A stretch of DNA of 46,227 bases from an uncultured Bacteriovoracaceae bacterium (lineage in GTDB: Bacteria; Bdellovibrionota; Bacteriovoracia; Bacteriovoracales; Bacteriovoracaceae): positions 1 through 46,227 of the forward strand of contig CAXGUD010000029.1 in the NCBI GenBank assembly GCA_964012805.1, given 5' to 3'. The notes beneath the pieces are model-generated. The model saw only the letters and a program-made list of their open reading frames with translations. It was not told the origin of the DNA and ran no database searches. The position numbers and the translations under genes were made by a program. Positions 26,100 through 36,075 of the stretch are shown piece after piece. Position 1 is the stretch's first letter, and the number at the start of each line of letters is the position of its first letter.

Positions 26100-27671
26100 A
26101 TGTCAGATATTATCATCTATAATGGTAGAAAAAAGCCCCTAAATTCAAAATTGTTAGAGCTACTCAAATCTGATGGCATTTCATACTTAACTGTTGAATC
26201 AATTGAAGATCTTATAACAAATATGAGTAATCAGGAATTTAAAAGTGTTCATATTTGTCTTAATGAAGTTTTCCCGACTAGAATTCTTGAAACGATCACA
26301 AAAAGTAAAATTTACTCTTTCAACAGAGGTTTATCTATAACTGTTCAGTTTTCTCACTATTACTTCAGTGAATTCAATAGAGCCGTAATATCGGGAGCAA
26401 ACTGGATTATTGTCGATCCTATTGAAACTTCAGATCTATTTCGATCTATCAAGGGCTCTGTTGAAAAGATTCTTCCACCAGTAAAAGAAAAAGATTTTAT
26501 GGGAGGCATAACTCCTATTATTTGTAAGATAAGTGTTTTTGCAAGAGCTGGAAAAATTCATAAAGAACCGTTAGGAAATATGCATATAGAAACAAATCTT
26601 AATCTTCAAATTGGAGATAAGGTAAAAATAAATTCATTATTTAAACTTAATACGGAACAAGACCAGCATGTCTTTGTAAAAGAAAAGGTAGAAGAGGATA
26701 ATTATTATAATTATAATTACTCATATACTCTAACAAGTATTCCATTTTTTGAAGAGTCTTATGATGAGACAATTTTAAATGAAAAAGAAAATAGAATAAA
26801 AAATTGGATAACTAAATCAAAGAATGATTTAGTTATACCAAAAACTAAATGCCTTTTTATTGGAAATAAATTACCAAAAGAGATTGAAGATTCTATAGAA
26901 AAAAATATTTTCAGCCTTTACCAAGTAACTAAAGATAATTTAGATGGCATTACATTAAACAGAATTAATCCGAAAATAATTTACTTTGAGTCCGAAGATA
27001 AAAGCATACAAAAACTTGTCAATGATTGGGTCGAAAATAAAAACGACCCCGTTAATAATAAAAATGTTTTTTTTATCCGAGGTTATGAATCTGAAAGCTC
27101 CGATATGCCTTATTTACCGTTAATTGAAAAAGAAATGTTTCCTAAAAATTTTTTAAATCTACTAGAGCCTTTTTTGAGGGAAAGAGTCGAAACATCTTTA
27201 GAAAAATTCTACTATATAAATAGGAAATCTGTTATATCAAAATGTAACCTGGAGCTTAGTGGTTTTGTACTGGATACTACTGGATACCTCATACTCATTT
27301 TGTCTCCATCAGATGTATTTCCCGGAACAATAATTCTTGTTGAAGGAGCAGGTAGCACAAAAGAAGAAAATTTTAAAATTTTCATAAAAGTTATTTATAG
27401 CAAAAAATCCGAAGATTCACTAAACTACAATCTTTATGGACAGATTCTGCCTCTTACAGAAAAAATGAATCGTATTTTCTTTCCTTCTGAGAAGGATAAA
27501 GAAGAAATCTTCTCAAAAAAGTGGGTTCAAAAATATGAAAAATCGAGTTTATCTACAAATAAGATAAAAAATAAAAATTCCTTATATATTGTCCTCAATA
27601 AATTAATTTTAGCACTAATTTTATTAATTTTTGTCCTCATGTTTATTTTAATCATAACCAGAAAAGCTTAA
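26100..27671 (+). CDS. C-terminally membrane-anchored protein with degenerate receiver-like and PilZ-like regions
   Basis: AVISGANWIIVDPIE resembles receiver alpha4-beta5. Two beta-rich segments and a single C-terminal TM helix. Confidence 0.55.
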   Translation: MSDIIIYNGRKKPLNSKLLELLKSDGISYLTVESIEDLITNMSNQEFKSVHICLNEVFPTRILETITKSKIYSFNRGLSITVQFSHYYFSEFNRAVISGANWIIVDPIETSDLFRSIKGSVEKILPPVKEKDFMGGITPIICKISVFARAGKIHKEPLGNMHIETNLNLQIGDKVKINSLFKLNTEQDQHVFVKEKVEEDNYYNYNYSYTLTSIPFFEESYDETILNEKENRIKNWITKSKNDLVIPKTKCLFIGNKLPKEIEDSIEKNIFSLYQVTKDNLDGITLNRINPKIIYFESEDKSIQKLVNDWVENKNDPVNNKNVFFIRGYESESSDMPYLPLIEKEMFPKNFLNLLEPFLRERVETSLEKFYYINRKSVISKCNLELSGFVLDTTGYLILILSPSDVFPGTIILVEGAGSTKEENFKIFIKVIYSKKSEDSLNYNLYGQILPLTEKMNRIFFPSEKDKEEIFSKKWVQKYEKSSLSTNKIKNKNSLYIVLNKLILALILLIFVLMFILIITRKA

Positions 27672-27723
27672 AAACAACCTAACTAAAATCATCAAAAAAA
27701 CCGATAAAGTACTGCGAAATCAA

Positions 27724-30700
27724 ATGGTTAATTGGTTTCTTGGTACAAATATGACCAAAGAAAAAAACATTTCAATAAGCAGTAAACTAATAGTCTATTT
27801 TTTGTTTTCTGCTATTTTTATTTCATCAATTGGAATTGGTATTTCCTTTTACCAAGATTACATTTTTTTAAAAAACGATATAAAGAAATCTTTTGATCGA
27901 ATAGAATCATATGTGGTACCAGAAATAAAGAAAGGACTTAAAAAAAATAACGTTTCCGATGTAAAATTGATTTTAGACACCCTTTTCTCAAGTAAAAATT
28001 ATAGCTATATTTCACTCTCGATAAAGTTGAATGACCAAACATCTCCTCAAAAAATCTTTAAGAAAGGTTCTAAAAAAGGCAATAACCAAAATAAAACTTT
28101 CAGCTTTAATTTAAGTAACTTCAAAAGCCAAGAAGCCATTGGTAATTTAGTAGTATATTCAGATAACCAGTCTTTTGTCCATGAAGTTAAACGAAGAGTT
28201 TTTCTTTTCCTCTCTATACAATCGTTCCAGTTCATATTTTTTTCTTTATTAATACTGTTTATTTTGAAAAAGTTCATATTAAACCACATTAAAGAAATGG
28301 CAAAATATGCTGAGGAGTCTGATCTCTCTAATGAAAGCAATCAGCAACTCGTACTCAAAAGATCTAAAAGCAAAAACTATGATGAAATTGACCAACTTGC
28401 TAAATCTCTTAACAAAATGAAATCAAATCTTTATGAAAATCACGAGCGTTTAAAGGATTATACAAACAACCTCGAGACAAAAGTACAAATCAGAACTGAG
28501 GACCTTTCTGAAGCTCTTAAAAATATGGAATCACTTCTTAATAATTTGAAACAGGCCATTTTTACTGTTAATGAAGAGGGTGTTATAGAAAGTCCAAGTT
28601 CTAGTTTTTCTAAAGAAATTTTTGATAAAAATATTGAAGGTCTTAGTATATTTGAAACTATATTCTCAAGTCTTAGTGAAAACTCTGAGACATATTCAGC
28701 AATCCAGTTTGCCAACGCATGTAATTTTGGAAATGATGAATTTCAATGGAACATGATTTTAGATCAATATCCTTCAAGGGTTGTTCTATCAAAAAATAAC
28801 ACCAATGAAGAGAAAATATTAAAAATAGACTATATCCCTCTTTGGAATAGGGCAGGCCTGCTGAAAAAAATTATGTATGTTGTTGAAGATGTCACGGAAG
28901 TTGAAAAACTTGAATTCGAGATGAAGGCCCAAAAACAGTCAACAAATAGAAAAGTAAAAATCTTACAAGAAATAGGATCAAACAAAAGGCCCGACTTAAA
29001 TTCATTTTTTCTTGATACATTGAAGCTCTCCATTGAATCTCAGTCTCTGGCCAAAGAAATTCAAGAACAAATTGGGAAAGAAGAAAATATGGCCAAAGGT
29101 TTAAGAACTATTTTCAGACACCTTCACACAATAAAAGGAAATGCTAGGATATATAACTTAAGCTATATTTCTTCATTTGTTCACGGTCTTGAAAATCAGG
29201 TTTCAAGATTCATTACTATAGAATCTCAGGAAATATCTAAAGAGGCCATTGAAGGTTTTATTATCAATTTATATGACCTTCATGGAATTATTAATTACTA
29301 CCTAAACGCAGGAAGAGAAGTTTTTGGTATTGAATTTATGGAAGATCGTGAATTTAAAGATTTTTTACATAAATCAATCATAACTCTTGAAAACTTAATG
29401 TGTAGAGTTTTTGATAGGGATAAAGCTTCAATTGATTTGGAAAAAAGCTCCACTGATAACGACTCTATTTTTGAAGAAATGTATAGTTTAAATGATAACT
29501 TAACAAGATTAACACGATGCCTGGACCACCCTCACTTAAGCAAAGATATATCAAACTTTAAGAGGGAGCTTACTATGGTCCAAAACGGATTACTTATTCA
29601 TAGTGACATTGATTTCAATCTTATTGAACCATTTACAGAAATAAATAAAGGCATCCTAGATATTACTCTAAATTCTTCCCACTTCAAGCCACTCATATTA
29701 AATAGCAACGACTGGTTAGAGCTTTTTCAAAACCTTCTAAACATTACAGAAACATTTATTAATATTGAGGGAAATAGGAAGTCCTTTTTGAAGTCTTTTT
29801 ATGAACTAAAAGGGCTTCTAGATAAAATTAATATTATATTTTTTGATTTTTTAATGGACATTATTCAAAATATTCTTAATAGCAAAGGCGACCAGTACTA
29901 CGAAAAGATTAAGTACAATTTAAAAATTATGTGGCATTTTTTAGGACTCACGTCACAAGTTGATATGTCAAAAAAACAAAAAGATAACTTAAATCAGCCA
30001 GAAATATACTTCATGTTTTGCGAGACTTGCGAAAAAGATGGGAAAAATAAGAAATACCTAGAAAGTATTTTAAATGCAATTTTTGACAATGAAATCACCT
30101 CACTTGATGGCTTTTTCGTGCCGACCTATCAAGTAGGTAATATCATTATGGAAACTTATCAAGACCTTAAAAGAAATAATATCCTTGAAATAATTGAATT
30201 ATTCAATAAAGTGAAAAAAGAGTTTCCAAATAGCCCATTTTTAAAATCCTTAGAGTTTATCTTTGATCACAATAAACTGCCATGGGGAAGGTATGTTATT
30301 AACCTAAGCACAATTCAGTTATTGGCCTATTACGCAGAAAGTGACGTATCTGTCGACCAAATGACAAAACCAGATATGGTAGAAGTCTTAGCAGTTAATT
30401 TTGAAAAATTTAAAGAAAAAGTTTCTGAATTATCAAAATTAAACAGAAAAGATAATTCTTTAGAAGAAAGATTCAATATGCTTTATGATCTTCCAGTTAA
30501 GTATTCTTTACGAAAATTTTCGCCATTTATAGATGAAATATCGGAAAGAATTAATAAAAAAGTTGAGTTTAAATTAAAAGGGGATGAGTGCTCTCTCGAT
30601 CAAGAAAGACTATCTCTTCTAAGTGATGCGATTATGCATCTAATTAGGAACTCTCTCGACCATGGTATTGAAGACCCTGAAGAGAGAATGTCTTTGGGGA

Positions 30701-31074
30701 AAAATGAAGCCGGTCTAATTGAAATTCAATGCCTTAATGAAGAAGATGAAATTATTGAAATCAGAGTCAGTGATGATGGAAAGGGGATTAATGAAAACAA
30801 AGTTTTTAATAGTGCCCTTCAAAAGCAACTCGTTGAGAAGGATGATATAAAAAAGATGACAATTGAAGACAAAATAAATCTCATTTTTCTTCCCAATTTC
30901 TCTACCAAAAATGTAGTTAATGACATGTCTGGAAGAGGAGTGGGAATGGATGTTGTAAAAAGAAATATTGATAAGATGGGCGGGACATTAAAAGTTGAAA
31001 CCGAAGAAGAGTTTGGAACCACATTTTTTATTAGAATTCCTAGAAAAGAAAAGCTGAACAAAAAAGTGAGCTAG
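27724..31074 (+). CDS. Membrane sensor kinase TM-HAMP-PAS-HPt-HATPase (CheA-like without a CheW domain; class III histidine kinase type)
   Basis: Two TMs, HAMP DEIDQLAKSLNKM, a PAS-like region, HPt FRHLHTIKGNA, HLIRNSLDHGIE, DDGKG, FST and SGRGVGMDVV. The protein ends after GTTF. The start may be 27751. Confidence 0.9.
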   Translation: MVNWFLGTNMTKEKNISISSKLIVYFLFSAIFISSIGIGISFYQDYIFLKNDIKKSFDRIESYVVPEIKKGLKKNNVSDVKLILDTLFSSKNYSYISLSIKLNDQTSPQKIFKKGSKKGNNQNKTFSFNLSNFKSQEAIGNLVVYSDNQSFVHEVKRRVFLFLSIQSFQFIFFSLLILFILKKFILNHIKEMAKYAEESDLSNESNQQLVLKRSKSKNYDEIDQLAKSLNKMKSNLYENHERLKDYTNNLETKVQIRTEDLSEALKNMESLLNNLKQAIFTVNEEGVIESPSSSFSKEIFDKNIEGLSIFETIFSSLSENSETYSAIQFANACNFGNDEFQWNMILDQYPSRVVLSKNNTNEEKILKIDYIPLWNRAGLLKKIMYVVEDVTEVEKLEFEMKAQKQSTNRKVKILQEIGSNKRPDLNSFFLDTLKLSIESQSLAKEIQEQIGKEENMAKGLRTIFRHLHTIKGNARIYNLSYISSFVHGLENQVSRFITIESQEISKEAIEGFIINLYDLHGIINYYLNAGREVFGIEFMEDREFKDFLHKSIITLENLMCRVFDRDKASIDLEKSSTDNDSIFEEMYSLNDNLTRLTRCLDHPHLSKDISNFKRELTMVQNGLLIHSDIDFNLIEPFTEINKGILDITLNSSHFKPLILNSNDWLELFQNLLNITETFINIEGNRKSFLKSFYELKGLLDKINIIFFDFLMDIIQNILNSKGDQYYEKIKYNLKIMWHFLGLTSQVDMSKKQKDNLNQPEIYFMFCETCEKDGKNKKYLESILNAIFDNEITSLDGFFVPTYQVGNIIMETYQDLKRNNILEIIELFNKVKKEFPNSPFLKSLEFIFDHNKLPWGRYVINLSTIQLLAYYAESDVSVDQMTKPDMVEVLAVNFEKFKEKVSELSKLNRKDNSLEERFNMLYDLPVKYSLRKFSPFIDEISERINKKVEFKLKGDECSLDQERLSLLSDAIMHLIRNSLDHGIEDPEERMSLGKNEAGLIEIQCLNEEDEIIEIRVSDDGKGINENKVFNSALQKQLVEKDDIKKMTIEDKINLIFLPNFSTKNVVNDMSGRGVGMDVVKRNIDKMGGTLKVETEEEFGTTFFIRIPRKEKLNKKVS

Positions 31075-31085
31075 AATCCTTATTT

Positions 31086-31721
31086 ATGAAATCGATAAAT
31101 AACTTTCTTTTATTCCTTATCGCCACCTCATCATTCCTTATTTTCAGCCTTATACAAAAAAAAGAGCTTAAGGATTTAGAGAAGAAAAACATAATAATTT
31201 CGAGAAGCTACTACCCGATAAAAGGACTTCATTATCAAAGAATCATTCAAGAGGTAAAAGAAAAAAACTTAAAAAGTTATCAAAAAAACTTAGTATCAGG
31301 AGGAGGCGTAAAAGCCATCTTTCACTTATTACCTCTAAATATCCCTCAGCCAAAAAACAATATCTGCCAGTTATCCAAGAAGGACTTTTTTTGGAAAATT
31401 AAGATCAACTATACATTACCACAATGGAAAAGCCGGCATATTGCTGACCAAAAGTTTAAGGATAGGTGGGATAAGTACCTGAAAAGACTAATAAGTCATG
31501 AAGATAGACACAGAGATATTTTTTTAAAAGGGGCCACTGCCATTCGCTCTTATATTAATCATATCCCTCCTTACCAACTTAGGAATAAAAGTGATAATTG
31601 CCTCAATTATGTTGGCCAGGTTAAGCAAAGGTTATTGCTTATTTTTAAAAAATATGAGGTAAAAAACCTATTTTTCGACTTGAATTCAAATTTTGGAATA
31701 AAAAACGGCGTTTTGCTTTAA
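31086..31721 (+). CDS. DUF922 family putative Zn-dependent protease, membrane-anchored or secreted
   Basis: YTLPQW...W..Y...L..HEDRH (HExxH) and an N-terminal hydrophobic segment. Confidence 0.75.
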   Translation: MKSINNFLLFLIATSSFLIFSLIQKKELKDLEKKNIIISRSYYPIKGLHYQRIIQEVKEKNLKSYQKNLVSGGGVKAIFHLLPLNIPQPKNNICQLSKKDFFWKIKINYTLPQWKSRHIADQKFKDRWDKYLKRLISHEDRHRDIFLKGATAIRSYINHIPPYQLRNKSDNCLNYVGQVKQRLLLIFKKYEVKNLFFDLNSNFGIKNGVLL

Positions 31722-31851
31722 TGATTACGGCTATTTAAGACCAATAGAAGTTGGGAATATTAGTCTCCTGTGAAAAAAATGAAAAAAGAGGCTTATAATA
31801 CACTAATAAAGGAAGAGTGTTTGTTCTTGACGAAAAAGGAAAAGACAAATA

Positions 31852-32439
31852 ATGGAAGAGTACCTCAAGGAATATAAAGCTTTTTGTAGAAGTATAAGCC
31901 TAAAAAACTTTTATTCTCATTGGGAAATAAAAGAGGACTTATGCGAGGTTAAAGAAAAATCAAGCAGTATAGATGTATTTGATTACAGGTGCACAATTAA
32001 AATTGATGGTGAATCATCAAAAATGATTCTAAGGTCTTTTTTTAGTGAAAAATTTTTATGGAATATAGGGAAAAAGATACTTTCATGGGAAGGTAACTTA
32101 ACAGAAGAGATGTGCCTAAGCCTTTTTGAAGAATTTAATAATGTTATGGGCGCTTCTTTTAAGCGATCTTTAGAAGAGGTCGATTGCCTTGACCTCAGGG
32201 TACCTCAAGCAAAAAAGATGGGAAATGAAAAAGCTTTCCTGACTAGTGAAAACAAAGGTCAGGAACTTATTCACAAAAAAGACCACTATATCTTAAAAGA
32301 TGAGTGGGAAGTTTCGTCTGACGTTGGTAATCTCTTAGTAACTTTAAGAACTGAAATACTAGACGCTGAAAAATTTCAACAAGCAAATTTCAACACAACA
32401 GATATTCACTCTAACCAGGGTGAAGCATTTTTTCTTTGA
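31852..32439 (+). CDS. CheX/CheC-like phosphatase candidate
   Basis: SLFEEFNNVMGA...LRVP fits the [D/S]-x3-E-x2-N-x~20-P motif of the CheC/CheX family. Confidence 0.6.
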   Translation: MEEYLKEYKAFCRSISLKNFYSHWEIKEDLCEVKEKSSSIDVFDYRCTIKIDGESSKMILRSFFSEKFLWNIGKKILSWEGNLTEEMCLSLFEEFNNVMGASFKRSLEEVDCLDLRVPQAKKMGNEKAFLTSENKGQELIHKKDHYILKDEWEVSSDVGNLLVTLRTEILDAEKFQQANFNTTDIHSNQGEAFFL

Positions 32440-32518
32440 TCTCCTGAAAATCCATAAAAAAATATCCTACATTTTTAAAAAATTTTTACGATTTACTCTA
32501 AAAAAAAAATATGAATAG

Positions 32519-33778
32519 TTAATAGTCACCGTTTTTTTTCATATCAAAGAATTTATTTATTCGATAAATAAGTATATTTCGACTATCCAATCCCCTTAAT
32601 GTCCTTATATTTTCCCAATCTTCCTTAGACTTAATATCATCCAATATACTGTCACAGATTTTGAGGATTTTTTTAGAGTTTTTTGAGTTTGAAAAGTGAT
32701 GGAAATAAATACTATAAACTCTAAGCAAGTCAGAATACATTTTTCTAGTGAGAAGATATCCTCCAAAATTAATTAGTTTCTTTTGAGAGACACCCTTTAG
32801 ATAAGCCTCTAAGGGTATAGAAAAAGGAATCCTTTTAAGAATTTTTTGACATAAATCATATCTTTCATCCTTTAAAAACTTTCCTAAATACCTTTCCAAG
32901 TGTTTTCTAAAAGATTTGTCAATTTTTTCGTCGATAAATCCATTTTTGTTATACCTTTCTATTGTTTTTGTTAGAAGGTAAAATCTTACTTTATAATTCA
33001 TAGGATTATAATGAAGGATATCCTCACAGATTTCTTCAATTTCATCAAACCTGGTTTTACCTGCTAACTCATCAAACTTTTCTTTTTCAACAGGATAAAT
33101 AAAAGGCCATTTGACTGGATCAAACATTAAAAATAAGAATCCGAAGATAATTCCAACTATCATACCGACAAGATGTGCATCAAGGGTAACATGCTGATTT
33201 CCTAATAACTGGTTTAAAACTTCCACTACAACGAAGAAAAAAGGAAAACTGTATTTAACTGGCAATAAGATTTTTTTCCAAGTAAAAAAATAAAATAAGA
33301 GGAACTTCATATAGTGCCTAAAAAAAATAACAAAAAACGCGCCCATAATAGAAAAAATATTTGCTGAAGACCCTAAAAGAACTGAATTATTTTCTAAGAA
33401 AAAATAACTGGAAGAGCTTAAACCAAGATAACCACCCAAAAAATAAATAAACATAAAAAAAAGAGGCCCTATTTTTGTTTCAACATAAATTCCAAAGCCA
33501 ATAAGAGCAAGTAAATTAACCCCTAAATGGGCAAGATCAGAATGTGTAAATTGCGCCTTTGTCAATGAAGTTAAATTAATATTCTTCCTGTTAAGGAGGT
33601 CATCACTTTTATAATAAGCCGCGAGATGCTTTTCCTTTTTCATTTTGATCATTCTTTCAACATAGGCCATGTTAGGGCCTTGAGATTGATAAAAGAAAAA
33701 AACATTTAAAATCACCAGATACAAAGTGATTAAAGGAAATTTTGGAATTCTAACGCCAAGACCAAGTGGTAATAACAT
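32519..33778 (-). CDS. Rhomboid intramembrane serine protease with a soluble helical C-terminal domain
   Basis: HSDLAHLGVN, GSSA (catalytic Ser), AHLVG (catalytic His) and multiple TMs. Confidence 0.85.
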   Translation of the reverse strand: MLLPLGLGVRIPKFPLITLYLVILNVFFFYQSQGPNMAYVERMIKMKKEKHLAAYYKSDDLLNRKNINLTSLTKAQFTHSDLAHLGVNLLALIGFGIYVETKIGPLFFMFIYFLGGYLGLSSSSYFFLENNSVLLGSSANIFSIMGAFFVIFFRHYMKFLLFYFFTWKKILLPVKYSFPFFFVVVEVLNQLLGNQHVTLDAHLVGMIVGIIFGFLFLMFDPVKWPFIYPVEKEKFDELAGKTRFDEIEEICEDILHYNPMNYKVRFYLLTKTIERYNKNGFIDEKIDKSFRKHLERYLGKFLKDERYDLCQKILKRIPFSIPLEAYLKGVSQKKLINFGGYLLTRKMYSDLLRVYSIYFHHFSNSKNSKKILKICDSILDDIKSKEDWENIRTLRGLDSRNILIYRINKFFDMKKNGDY

Positions 33779-33786
33779 GGTCCTTT

Positions 33787-33814
33787 TATTCGGTAGTTTT
33801 AACCAAATATTTTA
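33787..33814 (-). promoter_or_regulatory. Possible sigma28 promoter of the rhomboid gene
   Basis: Minus strand TAAA-N16-ACCGAATA, ending 8 nt before the ATG. Confidence 0.4.
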
Positions 33815-34039
33815 GTCAACTACATTGTAAAAATAACTACTTTATAAAGTAAAAGTGGCTAAACTAGATCCCCTTCTCTATCTAAATAAATTTAACATCA
33901 AAAAAAGCCTCTACGCTCTTAGATGTTATGTTGCTTTCCATAATTGATTTCATTTACAAATGAAATCCGAAAAAACTCTCTTTAAAAAATAATAACCAAA
34001 AATTTTTTTAACACTCACTTATTTAAAATCAGAGTCTTT

Positions 34040-35605
34040 CTATTTCCCGCTTATTTTGGAAAGTATTCTTTTATCAACCTTTGCCGCGGTTAGGACTCCT
34101 CCCATAAGGGCCCCAACAACTCCCAAAGTCCCAACATCGGCTCCAGTAAGGTAAAAGTTTTTTAAAGGTGTTTGTGGCCTTAAATCTTTGCAATTAAAGC
34201 GGTCAGGAGTCGGCTCTAATCCATAAATGGCCCCTCTTGGTGGACTACAAAAGTGAGTGGTAGAAAGTGGGGTTGAAAGTTCAATGTAACGGACCATTTC
34301 TGCCAACCCTGGTAAATATTGGTAAAAGTGGTCCATGATCCTTTTGGTTAATTCCTCTTTTAGATCCTTATAATCATCACCTCTTCTTCCCTGCCGTGTA
34401 TCTTCCCATTTTTTAAAGGTATCCCAATCAACAAAAGTAACAACCTCACCTGTATGACGTTTTTCATCACCTGGATTATGAGATGGATCTTTTAGACTAG
34501 GAAAGGAAACATATAGTATATGAGGCTTTTCATCTTTATCGTCATAATTCCAGAGAGTGATTTCCTGATCCCAATTAGAAAAAAACCATTGATTCGACTC
34601 GGTCGCACCAGCACTCTTTATGTCACCTTCAAAACCTATATAAACGCAAAGGTGACAGGGAGACTGAGTTAGGTTGCGAATATTTTTGGCCCATGGTTTT
34701 TGCTTTTCTTGCTGTGGTAAAAACCTTTCAACTGTTGCTCTAGCACCTGCCGCTGAAATAACAATTGGAGCAAAGATCTCCTCACCTTTATTTGTCCTAA
34801 CACCTACTGCTTTTTTTCCCTCAGTCAAAACCTCATTGACTTCTGTTTTTAAAAGAACGTCCCCACCCTTTTGATGAACAATTTCTAATATGTTATCTGC
34901 CAATGTTTTAGAGGTACCTTCTGGATAATAAGCACCTTCCCAAAAGTGCCTAATGGTAACAGCGTGGATAAAAAAACTTGATCTACTTGGTGGACTCCCA
35001 TAATAACCCCACTGTCCAGCCAACACGGCTTTTAATTTAGGGTTAGATGTTAGTTCATCCAAAACCTCTTTTGTTGTAAGGTTTATCCAGTTCGTAAGCT
35101 TTCCCTTTAAAAAAGGTGAAGTCAAAGTTTCGGCCCATTTTGACATATTACGGCAGAAGAAATGCATTTTGGCAGACTTTCCAGCTGCTTGAACCATTTC
35201 GAAATACCGTTCAATGGCTTCCTTTTCTTCAGGAAAGGCCTTGTATAGATTGTCTTTATATTCCTGAACAGAAGAAGGTAATTCAAACTTGAAGTTTTCT
35301 GGGAAAAAAAAGGTGTCATAAACTCCACCATATTTATTCATTTTGACTTTCCCTTGAGAAAGCCATGAGATCATTTTTCCAGGTAACCGATTTTCCGCCA
35401 TCTCACCCAGAGCATGAACGCCAACATCCCAGGTATAATGTTTTTTTCTTTTAAATGTATGAGTCATTCCACCTGCTACGTAATGTTTCTCAATAATCAA
35501 AACTTTTTTACCATAATGGGCCAGGGCACTTCCACAGGCCATCCCTCCCATTCCCGAACCGATAATAATGGCATCATATGAAGAGTTTTGAGTTGATTGA
35601 TCCAC
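34040..35605 (-). CDS. FAD-dependent oxidoreductase, phytoene desaturase/retinol saturase-like family
   Basis: IIGSGMGG, EKHYVAGG, YPEG, LSTPLS, GAIYGL and YLTGAD. No other carotenoid genes nearby. Confidence 0.85.
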   Translation of the reverse strand: MDQSTQNSSYDAIIIGSGMGGMACGSALAHYGKKVLIIEKHYVAGGMTHTFKRKKHYTWDVGVHALGEMAENRLPGKMISWLSQGKVKMNKYGGVYDTFFFPENFKFELPSSVQEYKDNLYKAFPEEKEAIERYFEMVQAAGKSAKMHFFCRNMSKWAETLTSPFLKGKLTNWINLTTKEVLDELTSNPKLKAVLAGQWGYYGSPPSRSSFFIHAVTIRHFWEGAYYPEGTSKTLADNILEIVHQKGGDVLLKTEVNEVLTEGKKAVGVRTNKGEEIFAPIVISAAGARATVERFLPQQEKQKPWAKNIRNLTQSPCHLCVYIGFEGDIKSAGATESNQWFFSNWDQEITLWNYDDKDEKPHILYVSFPSLKDPSHNPGDEKRHTGEVVTFVDWDTFKKWEDTRQGRRGDDYKDLKEELTKRIMDHFYQYLPGLAEMVRYIELSTPLSTTHFCSPPRGAIYGLEPTPDRFNCKDLRPQTPLKNFYLTGADVGTLGVVGALMGGVLTAAKVDKRILSKISGK

Positions 35606-35921
35606 TGGAAAGACTCCTTTTTTCTTTTAAAGCGAAAAATAACATTAAATTAAATCTGTGAAGTTTAATAGAAAAGAAGACTCCCCATCTTTTAACCCTG
35701 AGGAAAATAAAGTCCACCAATCTAATTGAAGTTATTTTATGAATGTTATATTTATTTCAGACAAAAATTATCTACTAAAAAGAGGGTTCATTCAACCTTT
35801 TTTATTGCCTTCAGGCGGTTCTATCAACCCAAATTTTATTTTTAAAAAAAATTTATCTTCCCTTAAGGCCTTAAAATCTTTTGTTTTTTTTCAAATAAAT
35901 CAATTTTTCTTTAAACCCGAC

Positions 35922-35948
35922 TAAAGCTCTTGGTCTCTCTGACGATAA
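35922..35948 (+). promoter_or_regulatory. Sigma28 (FliA) promoter of fliC
   Basis: TAAAGCTC-N11-GACGATAA, near consensus. Confidence 0.88.
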
Positions 35949-36075
35949 CTTAAAAGCCGACTGGTTCACTCAAGTTTAATAAGGGACATGAGTGGGAAAA
36001 GGACCTTACAAAAAAATTTTGTCGGTTGCTTTGACGTCAAACTTGACGGTGTTTTGAATTTTTCGGAGGTAAAAA

